Origin: an uncultured delta proteobacterium
GTDB taxonomy: Bacteria > Myxococcota_A > Polyangia > Polyangiales > Polyangiaceae
DNA length: 64,000 bases
Reading direction: 5' to 3'
NCBI GenBank assembly: GCA_963806225.1
Contig: CAWDXG010000004.1
Span: forward strand, 1,440,001-1,504,000
The notes beneath the pieces are model-generated. The model was not told the origin of the DNA. It did no database searches and worked only from the letters and a program-made list of their open reading frames with translations. Below, piece after piece: positions 48,285 through 57,061 of this stretch (within the stretch, counting starts at the first letter, position 1; each line of letters begins with the position of its first letter). The position numbers and the translations under genes were made by a program.

Positions 48285-48323
48285 GGGACTTTCCCGGCCC
48301 TGGCGCGCGTTTTCCCACCTGGA

Positions 48324-50096
48324 ATGCGACATTCCTCGACGCTGAAGCTCGCCCTGGCCGCGGCTGCCGTGCTGCTCGGTGGCTGCAAGGGCTGTGAGCA
48401 CGACAAGCCCTACACTCCGTTCGGCATCACGTCGGCGCTTCCCAACGTCGAAAGCGCCAGCGCGGCCCCCAGTGCCAGCGCAGCGCCGGCCTTCGCGCCC
48501 CATCAATCCGAGCTGGCCCCCGCCGGCGCGAAGGCGTGGAGCTTCGGCGGCGAGAAGCTATCCGCGCCGCGGGGTCGCGTGTTCGAGCAGGCGCTGTCGG
48601 CCGACTTCAACGGCGACGGCAAGCCCGACGCGGTGGCCTGGACTCTTCCGGAGAAGCCTGCGCCCGGCGTCGCGGCAGGGGAGCTCTGGTACTACCCGTC
48701 CGGGGGCGCGCCCGCGCGGCTCGCGTCGCTGCCTGGCTTCGTTCCCACCGGAAAGAGCTGCAAGCTCGAGACGAAGCTCTCGCAGACCGGCGAGCACTCG
48801 CTGACGCTCGACGCCGGCGCGAAGTGCGGGGCCGGTTTCATTCCGCGATCGCCGGTTCGCAGCATCTCCGTGCTGGAACCGGAGCGGAAGCGTCCTGTCC
48901 TGCTGGAGCTCCGGGCGGCGGCGCCGCCAAAGGGCGAGTCGATGGAGCTCGCGGTCGACTCGAGCGACCGCGACAAGGACGGACGCGACGACATCGACCT
49001 GACCATCACGGTGCAGAAGGACGGCTCGTCGCGCCCCGCGCGCGCGCACCTGGTGTGGCTGGATCGCACGGCGGGGCCGTCGCGCGAAGCGGACGAGCCC
49101 AAGCGCTCGTTCGATCACATCGCGTCGCTGGAGCTGATCCGCTCGAAAGGCAAGCACACCAGCCGCTCGGTGCCCGACGGCATCGGCAACGAGCGGCGGT
49201 TGATGTCGGTCCTGTGCGACGAGGGCGGCGTGCCGCGGCTGTTCGATCGCGACGGCAGCGCCTTCCGCTGCGGCAATCCCACCCTGGCCTTCAACCGCAT
49301 GGCCCAGGCGGAGCTCCAGGCCGCGCTCACGCAAGGCGACGTGGAAGAAGCCTTCGCCGTCCTGAACCGCGACTGGGCCAGCGGCAAGACGCTCCAGAAA
49401 ATGGAAGCGGCGCTCGAAAGAGCCACGACGGCGCTCGACGTGGCCGAAGTGCTGACGCCGGCGGCGAAGCCAGTCCCCCGCGAAGAGCAGCCGCGCTGGA
49501 GCCCGCTCCGCTTCGAGCCGACTGGCGCGCTTCTGGTCCAGACGCCCGACGGGCTGGTGCGCGTCGCACCGGACGGCCACGACGAGCTGCCGCTCGACCC
49601 GGAAGCGGGCGTGGAAAGCTGGCCGCTCGGCGTGACGGCGAGCGACGGCCGGCGTTGGACCGGCATCGCCGACGCCTGCGATCGCCCCGAGGTGCTGCTC
49701 ACGTTCAACGATGCGCGCAACATCCCGATGCCGCCGGTCGCGACGCGCCTGCTCTCGCCGCGCCCCGGAGCGTGCCGGGGCGGCAAGCCGCCGCGAGTCC
49801 CCGCCCCCGCGCCGCTGTCGTGGCAGCCGGGACGCGGACTGGAAGCCCTGGTCGCGGGCTCGCACATCGGACCGGCATCGCACGACAGAGCGCCGGGCTC
49901 GCCGCGCTCACCGGACGGCAAGCTCGTGGTCGTGTCGACGCGGCGCGGCCTGCTCGTGACGGGCGGCGACAAGCCCGAGCTCTGGAAGCGCGCCGGCCTC
50001 GACGCGCTCTCGCTCACCGACTGCGTGGTGGCGAACGGCGCGCGCGCCGTCGCGTGCATCGAGCACGGCCGCGTGAAGCTGCTACGACGGCCCTAG
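48324..50096 (+). CDS. Hypothetical lipoprotein with FG-GAP/Ca-binding-like loops
   Basis: Lipobox LGG|C, with DFNGDGKPD and DRDKDGRDD motifs. Confidence 0.72.
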   Translation: MRHSSTLKLALAAAAVLLGGCKGCEHDKPYTPFGITSALPNVESASAAPSASAAPAFAPHQSELAPAGAKAWSFGGEKLSAPRGRVFEQALSADFNGDGKPDAVAWTLPEKPAPGVAAGELWYYPSGGAPARLASLPGFVPTGKSCKLETKLSQTGEHSLTLDAGAKCGAGFIPRSPVRSISVLEPERKRPVLLELRAAAPPKGESMELAVDSSDRDKDGRDDIDLTITVQKDGSSRPARAHLVWLDRTAGPSREADEPKRSFDHIASLELIRSKGKHTSRSVPDGIGNERRLMSVLCDEGGVPRLFDRDGSAFRCGNPTLAFNRMAQAELQAALTQGDVEEAFAVLNRDWASGKTLQKMEAALERATTALDVAEVLTPAAKPVPREEQPRWSPLRFEPTGALLVQTPDGLVRVAPDGHDELPLDPEAGVESWPLGVTASDGRRWTGIADACDRPEVLLTFNDARNIPMPPVATRLLSPRPGACRGGKPPRVPAPAPLSWQPGRGLEALVAGSHIGPASHDRAPGSPRSPDGKLVVVSTRRGLLVTGGDKPELWKRAGLDALSLTDCVVANGARAVACIEHGRVKLLRRP

Positions 50097-50111
50097 GCGC
50101 GCGACGCATCC

Positions 50112-50190
50112 GGTCACCCCCAGCGAAGCGACAGCGAGCCCACGACGAGCGAAGCGAGTCGCGTCGGGGGTCCGGGGGCGGTGAGCCCTA
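50112..50190. repeat. REP-like structured intergenic element between convergent genes
   Basis: AGCGAAGCGA twice (50122, 50148), CCCCC...GGGGG arms and a GGGGGTCCGGGGGCG-N-AGCCC tail. Confidence 0.4.
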
Positions 50191-50192
50191 TG

Positions 50193-50756
50193 TCAGGGAG
50201 CCTTGACGCGCTCGAGGTAGCTCTTGGTGCGCGTGTCCACCTTGATCCACTCGCCTTCGCTAATGAAGAGCGGGACCTGCACGGTGGCGCCGGTCGAGAC
50301 CGTGGCTGCCTTGGTCACGTTGGTGGCCGTGTCGCCCTTGGCGCCCGGCTCGGTCTCGGTGATCTGCACGGTGACGTGCGGCGGCAGGCTCACGCTGACC
50401 GGATTGCTCTTGTAGAGCGTGATCGTCACGTCGATGCCGTCCATGAGGAAGTCCGCGGCGTCGCCCACCACGTCTTTGTGGACGCTCAGCTGCTCGCCGG
50501 AGTTCGCGTTCATGAACACGAACATGTCGCCGTCCGGGTAGATGTACTGCAGCGACTTGTCCTCCACGTCCGCCGGCTCCAGCTTCTCGCCCGAGCGGAT
50601 GTTGCGCTCCAGGTTCCCGCCCGTGAGCAGGTTCTTCATCTTGGTGCGGGTGAAGGCCTGGCCCTTGCCCGGTTTGACGAACTGGAAGTCGACGACGATG
50701 TACGGCTGCCCGTCCATCATGATCTTCAGGCCTTTACGAATGTCGCTCGTATCCAT
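50193..50756 (-). CDS. efp: Translation elongation factor P
   Basis: MDTSDIRKGLKI, FVKPGKGQAF, TEPGAKGDTA, QVPLFI...KVDTR. Confidence 0.97.
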   Translation of the reverse strand: MDTSDIRKGLKIMMDGQPYIVVDFQFVKPGKGQAFTRTKMKNLLTGGNLERNIRSGEKLEPADVEDKSLQYIYPDGDMFVFMNANSGEQLSVHKDVVGDAADFLMDGIDVTITLYKSNPVSVSLPPHVTVQITETEPGAKGDTATNVTKAATVSTGATVQVPLFISEGEWIKVDTRTKSYLERVKAP

Positions 50757-51011
50757 GGGACTCCGGAAGCAGCCCCGGACGGGGCGCGGGGTAGGTCTGC
50801 CGGCGTGCCGCCTCCCCGGCGGCTCGTTCGGCGACTGAGGCTCTAGCGGGGGATCGGCCCACATTCAAGAGCCGTGGGCGCGGACAGCCCGCCGCCGCGC
50901 CTTCCGGCTGCTGCGCCGGGCAGCCGCGGCCCAGGCCCGAGGGCCGGCGAACGCGCCCGAGCTTGCCGGGACCCGGATTGAGCGATACTCCGCTCCCGAG
51001 GCGCCCCCGGG

Positions 51012-51866
51012 ATGGACGAGTACGAGCTGGAAGAGATCAAGCGCGAGATCGTGGAGAGCCGTTCGCTCACGATCAAGACGAACAATCTCGTCAACGCGCT
51101 GGCCGCCGATCTGAAGAGCATCGCCAAGCGCCAACAGGGCTACGAGCGGCGCATCTTCTTCAACAGCGCCACGGCCTACGTGGTGACCATCGCCGTCCTG
51201 TTCATCGCGCTCAAGCTCGCCTGGGACGCGAAGATCGACTCTGTGCGCGCCGAGACGAAAGACAGCTCCGCCCAGGTCAAGCAGCTCCAGGCGCAGCTGA
51301 AGGAAGTGCAGGAGCGCGAAGACGCGCGCGCCCGCGCGAGCCGCAAGGCGAGCGAGTTCTACGACCTCATCGCGCATCACAAGCGACAGAAGATCGTCGA
51401 CGGCTACGCCGACATCAAGAAGCTGCCGCTCACGCGCGCCGAGCAGGCCATCTTCAGCGCCGAGTACGACAAGGCGAAGAACGAGCTGTCGCTGATCGCG
51501 TACCAGAACGGGCTGGACGACATCCGCACGGGTCGCTGGCACGAGGCGGCGCAGGCATTCCGCGAGTCACTCGCCGACAAGGACGACGCCGCGCACAGCC
51601 CGGACGCGCGCTACGAGCTCGCGCGGGCGCTGCGCCAGCTGGGCCAGCAGCGCGAAGCGATCCCGATCCTGGTGCAACTCTCCGAAGCTTCCGCCGACAA
51701 GGAAGTGATGGACGACGCGACGTGGCTGCTCGCCCAGGCGCAGCTGGATATCCAGGCCTGGAACGACGCCAAGACCACCATGCGTTCGTTCATCCGTCGT
51801 TTCCCCAAGAGCCCGCACATCAACGACGTGCGCGGCAAGCTCGCCGAGATCTCGCTGTTGCACTGA
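51012..51866 (+). CDS. Membrane-anchored coiled-coil/TPR protein (CpoB/YbgF-like C-terminus)
   Basis: N-terminal coiled coil, one TM, a second coiled coil, then TPRs ending FIRRFPKSPH. Confidence 0.75.
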   Translation: MDEYELEEIKREIVESRSLTIKTNNLVNALAADLKSIAKRQQGYERRIFFNSATAYVVTIAVLFIALKLAWDAKIDSVRAETKDSSAQVKQLQAQLKEVQEREDARARASRKASEFYDLIAHHKRQKIVDGYADIKKLPLTRAEQAIFSAEYDKAKNELSLIAYQNGLDDIRTGRWHEAAQAFRESLADKDDAAHSPDARYELARALRQLGQQREAIPILVQLSEASADKEVMDDATWLLAQAQLDIQAWNDAKTTMRSFIRRFPKSPHINDVRGKLAEISLLH

Positions 51867-51940
51867 CGGCCGACGTGGGCGCCAACGAAGGCGGCACAGG
51901 CGGTCGACCTCTTCCTCGTCCAGCAGTCCGACGGCGCCGC

Positions 51941-53134
51941 TCAGGGCGCGGTCGGCACGACGGTGATGGCGGGTAGGTTCCACCAGCCGGGCGTCGCGAT
52001 GTCGATGCGCGGGCCGACCACGATGATCGCGTAGGTCCGGCCGTTCTCGAGCTTCGAAACGCCGCCCCGGCCGAGCGCGTCGGACCAGGTCTGCGACGGC
52101 GCGGACGTGCTGCCGGAGAGGGCCTCGAGCGGCACGGTCCCGATCGGCGTGCCGTAGTCGACCAGCGCGTGATCCAGATCGGGCGGCCGCGGCAGGATCG
52201 CGCCGAAGCCGAGCCCCGAAGCCACGGGCAGCGCGTTCTCGGTCGTGTTGGGCGGCGTACCGGACTGGACGGTCAGGTTGTCGGTGGCTCGCGAAGCGTT
52301 GACCGCCTGGAGCCCCAGCCGTTCCGCCGCGGTGATGCGCGACATGCGTACCACCACGGGCGTGAGCGTCGGCTGGTCCGGCGCGTAGCCATCACCGCAC
52401 ACGGCCTGGTCGAGGCTGTCGCTGAAACCAGGGGCGCCCATACATCCGGCGGCCACCAGCAGGTAGCTGCGCCCGCCGGTGAGCGTGTCAGCGGGCAGCA
52501 CGGGCAGAGCCAGGGTGCGCAACGGGGGCGCAACGGGCGGCGGCGCGTCGACGGCGGCATCGGACGGTGCGTCGCCCGTAGCGTCCGTGGATGCGTCGGC
52601 TGCGGCATCGGACGGTGCGGCGTCGGCGCCCGCGTCCTGGGCGGCTGCGTCGGGCCCAGCGTCCGGTGCGGACATCTGCTGGGCGAGCGCGATCGCGGCG
52701 TCGCAGGTCTTGCCGCTCACCAGCGACAGATCGCCCGCGATGACGATCGGCTGGATGGCGTCCTTGGCGAAATCGAGACCCTGCAGCGATGCCACGGACG
52801 TCGCGTGCGCGAAGTCGAGCCCCTGGGCGGGCAGCGGCGAGCCGACGGGCAGGCTCGCGCCACCAGTGTCGACGCGCGCGAAACAGAACGCGATGCGCGT
52901 CGCGTCCACCACGCCGTGCACCAGCGTGAGCCGGTCCGGTCCCGTCGGCTCGGTCACGTCGGGCGCCGCGTCGGGCACGCCTCCGCCGCCACCCTGCGCG
53001 TCGGGAGCTGCGTCGGGTAGCGCGCCGCCCGATCCGCCGCTCGACGGTTGGGTCGCGAGCAGGTCGTGGTTCGACGTGCAGGCCCCCGCGCCGACCAGCA
53101 ACGCGAACCCGGCAGCGGCGAGCAGGCGCGCCAT
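51941..53134 (-). CDS. Hypothetical lipoprotein (DUF4397-like) with Asp-Ala-rich linker
   Basis: Lipobox AGA|C, RLTLVHGVVDA and LQAVNAS domain starts, and a DAG/DAA repeat linker. Confidence 0.7.
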   Translation of the reverse strand: MARLLAAAGFALLVGAGACTSNHDLLATQPSSGGSGGALPDAAPDAQGGGGGVPDAAPDVTEPTGPDRLTLVHGVVDATRIAFCFARVDTGGASLPVGSPLPAQGLDFAHATSVASLQGLDFAKDAIQPIVIAGDLSLVSGKTCDAAIALAQQMSAPDAGPDAAAQDAGADAAPSDAAADASTDATGDAPSDAAVDAPPPVAPPLRTLALPVLPADTLTGGRSYLLVAAGCMGAPGFSDSLDQAVCGDGYAPDQPTLTPVVVRMSRITAAERLGLQAVNASRATDNLTVQSGTPPNTTENALPVASGLGFGAILPRPPDLDHALVDYGTPIGTVPLEALSGSTSAPSQTWSDALGRGGVSKLENGRTYAIIVVGPRIDIATPGWWNLPAITVVPTAP

Positions 53135-53171
53135 CTCCGCCGTTCTAGCCTGGACACCTGCCGGCAGCACA

Positions 53172-53224
53172 CGTGGCAATATGCCACGCTTTCCATGACA
53201 AATTGTAGCGTTTTGCTACAATTT
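53172..53224. promoter_or_regulatory. Two inverted repeats in the divergent promoter region
   Basis: CGTGGCA-ata-TGCCACG (53172-53188) and AAATTGTAGC-gtttt-GCTACAATTT (53200-53224). Confidence 0.55.
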
Positions 53225-53244
53225 CCGCCTTTCCGAGCCGCCAC

Positions 53245-53301
53245 TTGACACTTCGCATGCCCAGCGTACAAGTAGGGGCATGAGAACTGACATGTCAGTT
53301 C
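53245..53301 (+). promoter_or_regulatory. Sigma-70-type promoter and TetR operator palindrome
   Basis: Perfect TTGACA (53245-53250), weak -10 TACAAG, and perfect 18-bp palindrome GAACTGACATGTCAGTTC (53284-53301) over the tetR start region. Confidence 0.65.
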
Positions 53302-53933
53302 CGAAGAAGAAGCGTCGGACCTACCTGCCGGCGGCGGAGCGGCGCGACCAGATCCTCGACTGCGCGCTCGAGGCCTTCGCCGAGGCCGGCTACCACGCGA
53401 CCAGCATCGCGGACGTATGCAGCCGGGCGGGCATCGGCCGGGGCACGCTGTACCAGTACTTCGACGACAAGCGGGCGCTGCTCGAGGCGCTGGCCGAGCG
53501 CATCACCAAGCGCATCGTCAAGAGCTTTTCGGAGCGCGAGCGGTTGCGCGTGCCGCCCGGCTTCAAGCCTACACGACAGCAGGCGATCCAGTTCGTCGAG
53601 CAGCGCTTCGCAGAGGTGCTGCGGGCGGTGTTCGAGGACGCGGCCACAGCGCGGCTGGTGCTGCGCGCGGGGCGAGGCGCGGACGGCGTGGTGGACGGGA
53701 TCCTGCGCCGCATCGACGAGGCCGCTATCGCGCGCATCGAAGAAGAGCTCCGCGCTGCCAAGGAAGCCGGCGTGATCCGCCCGGTCGACGAGCACTTCGT
53801 GGCGCGCTTCTTCCTCGGAGGCGTCGAGAAGATCGTGCTGGCGTACATCGAGGACGATCGCCCCATCGACATCCAGGCCATCGCGCGGGAAGCCGCGCTG
53901 CTCGAAGTGCTCGGTATCTACCCGGACGAATAG
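53280..53933 (+). CDS. TetR/AcrR family transcriptional regulator
   Basis: RRDQILDCALEAFAEAGYHATSIADVCSRAGIGRGTLYQYFDDK. Alternative start at 53292. Confidence 0.95.
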   Translation: MRTDMSVPKKKRRTYLPAAERRDQILDCALEAFAEAGYHATSIADVCSRAGIGRGTLYQYFDDKRALLEALAERITKRIVKSFSERERLRVPPGFKPTRQQAIQFVEQRFAEVLRAVFEDAATARLVLRAGRGADGVVDGILRRIDEAAIARIEEELRAAKEAGVIRPVDEHFVARFFLGGVEKIVLAYIEDDRPIDIQAIAREAALLEVLGIYPDE

Positions 53934-53959
53934 CGTTTCCACGAGAGAGGTCGAAGATC

Positions 53960-54916
53960 ATGGTGCATTGGTTCCCTCCGTACGAGATGGTGGAGAAGGC
54001 CGCAGTCGAAGACGCGGCGGTGAAGACGAAGCGCCTCGAGCGACTGTATCACCTGACGCAGAAGCACTCGTGGGACGGCAAGGCGGTCTTCGGCGCGCTC
54101 GTGGACAAGTACGGTCCGCCGGGGCAAGGCATGGACGAGGACAAGCGCCAGGCGCTGTCGCGCATCATGACGGTCCTGATGTGGGGCGAGCTGGCCGCCT
54201 GGAACATCTCGGCGGATCTGGCGCTGACCATCGAGGACATGGACGCGAAGATGGCCGCGACGGCGCAGGTGTTCGACGAGGCGCGGCACTTCTACGTGAT
54301 GCGCGACTACGTGATGGCGCTCGGGCCGGTGCCGCCCATCGGCGGCATCCCGCAGCGGCTCCTGCGCAAGGTGCTGGAGGCGCCGACGCTGGCGACCAAG
54401 CTCGTGGGCATGCAGCTCCTGTTCGAGACGAATGCGGTGGTGATGTTCCGGCGCATCGGCGAGAGCAACGTGTGCCCGATCCTGCACGAGCTTCTGCCCT
54501 ACTTCGAGCGCGACGAGTCGCGCCACGTCGGGCTGGGCGTGATGTACGTGCCGAAGCTGATCCAGAAGATGAGCCGCGCCGAGGCCAAGCGGACCGCGCG
54601 TTTCCAGGTTCAGTGCATCCTGCTCCTGATGAGCGGCGGCTTCGCGCTCCGCGAGGATTTCTCGCTGCTCGAGCTCGATCAGCGGCTGATGGCGCTGCGC
54701 GTGACCCACATGCAGGACGACGTGATACGGCAGATGATCGCCCAGCACGGCAAGGGCGTGTTGCGCGCCGTGGGGTCGCCGCGCGCAGGCCTGGGGCCGA
54801 AGATCCTCGACCTCATCCACCCGCCGGAAGGGCTCGACAACGCCTCGCCCTGGATCCAGAGCGTGAACAGAGGCCTGATGAAGACCATGCGCGCGGTGGA
54901 TCGCGCGCTGGCGTAG
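53960..54916 (+). CDS. Ferritin-like di-iron carboxylate enzyme (AurF/desaturase/decarbonylase superfamily)
   Basis: WGELAAW...FDEARH...LLFETNA...RDESRH, the E...ExxH...E...ExxH di-iron pattern. Confidence 0.82.
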   Translation: MVHWFPPYEMVEKAAVEDAAVKTKRLERLYHLTQKHSWDGKAVFGALVDKYGPPGQGMDEDKRQALSRIMTVLMWGELAAWNISADLALTIEDMDAKMAATAQVFDEARHFYVMRDYVMALGPVPPIGGIPQRLLRKVLEAPTLATKLVGMQLLFETNAVVMFRRIGESNVCPILHELLPYFERDESRHVGLGVMYVPKLIQKMSRAEAKRTARFQVQCILLLMSGGFALREDFSLLELDQRLMALRVTHMQDDVIRQMIAQHGKGVLRAVGSPRAGLGPKILDLIHPPEGLDNASPWIQSVNRGLMKTMRAVDRALA

Positions 54917-54943
54917 CCTGGATCCCGTGCTCTAATCCCGCGT

Positions 54944-55741
54944 ATGCGCATCCGCAGCGGTCGTGCCGTTGTCCACTACGAGCTCGGCGGAAAGCCCGAC
55001 GCCCCTGCCCTGCTCATGATCCGCGGACTGGGGCGCACGCGGCTGCACTGGGGGCGCGTGCTCGACGAGCTCGCCGCGGACTTCCGCCTGGTCACGATGG
55101 ACAACCGCGGCGTGGGCGACAGCAGCGCGCCGCTTCCGCCCTACTCCACCGCGTCCATGGCGCGCGACGCGGCGCGCGTGATCGAAGCCGCCGAGGTCGA
55201 GCGCGCGCACGTCTTCGGGATCTCGCTCGGCGGGATGATCGCGCAGGAGCTCGCTATCCGCTATCCGGAGCGCGTCGACCGGCTGGTGCTCGGCTGCACG
55301 CGCGCGGGTGCCGGCAGCGGGCCCGCGACACCGGCGCCGGTGGTGCGGCGGATGCTGGGCGCGATGCGGCTCGGGGCGGAAGGGGCGGTCGACGCGAGCG
55401 CGCCGCTGATCCTGGGTCAGCGTTTCATCGACGAGCACCCGGAGGTGATCGCGGAGTGGCAGAAACTCGCGCGACTGCAGCGAGCACGCGTGCACGGCGT
55501 GCTGGGACAGCTTCTCGCCGCGGCGCGCCACGACACGGCGGACCGCCTGCATCGCATCCGCGCCAGGACGCTGGTCGTCACCGGCGACGCCGATCGCATG
55601 ATCCCGCCGGAGAACTCCGGGGGCATTGCCGGGCGCATCCCCGGCGCGCGCCTGCGGATCCTGCCTGGCGCGGCTCACGATTTCCCGACGGAGCGCGCGA
55701 GCGAGACCGCCGAGCTACTGCGGAAGTTCCTGCTTTCCTAG
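54944..55741 (+). CDS. Alpha/beta-fold hydrolase
   Basis: DNRGVGDS, nucleophile GISLGG, acid GDAD, His in GAAHDF. Confidence 0.92.
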   Translation: MRIRSGRAVVHYELGGKPDAPALLMIRGLGRTRLHWGRVLDELAADFRLVTMDNRGVGDSSAPLPPYSTASMARDAARVIEAAEVERAHVFGISLGGMIAQELAIRYPERVDRLVLGCTRAGAGSGPATPAPVVRRMLGAMRLGAEGAVDASAPLILGQRFIDEHPEVIAEWQKLARLQRARVHGVLGQLLAAARHDTADRLHRIRARTLVVTGDADRMIPPENSGGIAGRIPGARLRILPGAAHDFPTERASETAELLRKFLLS

Positions 55742-55761
55742 CGAGGGGGTCCCGGCGCGCG

Positions 55762-57054
55762 TCAGAGCTTGCAGTCCGGGCTTCCGCCGTCCGTCCACAT
55801 CATGAGCTTCATGTCGGGGCGGCGCTTCGCCAGCGCCACGGCGTCGGGGCGGGCGCAGCTTCCGGGCAGCATCAGCTCGTGCAGCGTCTTGACGCGCGCG
55901 AGCGACAGCACGTTGTGCACGTGCGTCCCGGGCAACCAGAGCGTGACCAGGGAGGGCGAAGCGGCGAGCGGCGCGATGCTCGCGAGCGGCGTGTTGGTGG
56001 CTTCGATTTCCTCCAGATGCTTGAGCCGCGCGAGCGGGGCGAGGCTCTTCACCCGGGTGTCGTCGATGTGGAGCCACCTGAGCTCGGGACAATGCGCGAG
56101 CGGCGCGAGGCTGGTCACCCGCGTGCCCCGGATATCGAGCCGGCGCAGCTTCCTCATGCGACCGACGATCGCGAGCGATCGGACCGGGCTGTGTTCCGGG
56201 TACGACGGGTCCACGGCCGAGAGGTCCAGCTCCAACACATCCAGAAACGAGAGGAGCGGATCCATCGGGGCCGTGGGGTCGTTGCAGCTGACAGAAAGCG
56301 ACTCGAGCTTCGCCGGCTCGGGCGGCCGCTGCTTCTTCGAGTCGAAACACGACAGACGAAGCGCCCGGAGCTCGCTGAACTGCGCCAGGGCATCGAAGCC
56401 GGACGCGTTGTAGGCGCCCAACTCCCTGAGCTTCGGGGCCGCTCGCGCGACGGCGGAGAGGTCGACGTGTTGCCAGGTGTCGAAGCTCTCGAGCGCGGTG
56501 AGACGGGACAGGAGCGATACGTCGACAAGTGCGGGCTGCATGGCGTTCAGACGCAGGCTCTTCACCTGCGTGAGCTCACCGAGCGGCTCGAGCGTCTCGA
56601 TCGGGTTCATGATCTTGACGCTCCGGAGGCTCCGGATGCGGGACAGCGCCGACAGCGAGACCATCGGGTGGATGTCGATCCAGATGGACTCGAGCGCGGG
56701 CAGGTGGCCGAGTGGCGCAAGATCGGACGCGCGCCGCGGGCTTCCCGACAGCGACAGGCTCTTCACGAAGGACAGGTCGCCGGCACGGTCGAGCAGAGGC
56801 AGGCATGCCACGTCGAAGTCGGCGACGGTCTTGTCGTCGTGCATGGCGAGCGCCTGGTGTTCGCGCGTGCACGGCGGCAGCGGGGGGCCCGCGTCCGCTG
56901 GGGGCGGTGGCGGCGACACGACAGCGCTCGCCGTGACAGGCGGGGGCACGCGCACCGGCGCTGCAGGGCGAGGCGGGGCGGATGGCGTACAGGCTGCGGC
57001 CAGCGCCAGTCCCCCGGCGAGGACCAGGCCAACGGCCGCGCGCCACGCCTGCAT
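55762..57054 (-). CDS. Leucine-rich-repeat lipoprotein (internalin-like)
   Basis: Lipobox AAA|C, Pro linker and about 12 LRR units (SLAPLA.L..L..L.I..T.V). Confidence 0.85.
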   Translation of the reverse strand: MQAWRAAVGLVLAGGLALAAACTPSAPPRPAAPVRVPPPVTASAVVSPPPPPADAGPPLPPCTREHQALAMHDDKTVADFDVACLPLLDRAGDLSFVKSLSLSGSPRRASDLAPLGHLPALESIWIDIHPMVSLSALSRIRSLRSVKIMNPIETLEPLGELTQVKSLRLNAMQPALVDVSLLSRLTALESFDTWQHVDLSAVARAAPKLRELGAYNASGFDALAQFSELRALRLSCFDSKKQRPPEPAKLESLSVSCNDPTAPMDPLLSFLDVLELDLSAVDPSYPEHSPVRSLAIVGRMRKLRRLDIRGTRVTSLAPLAHCPELRWLHIDDTRVKSLAPLARLKHLEEIEATNTPLASIAPLAASPSLVTLWLPGTHVHNVLSLARVKTLHELMLPGSCARPDAVALAKRRPDMKLMMWTDGGSPDCKL

Positions 57055-57061
57055 CGGAGCC

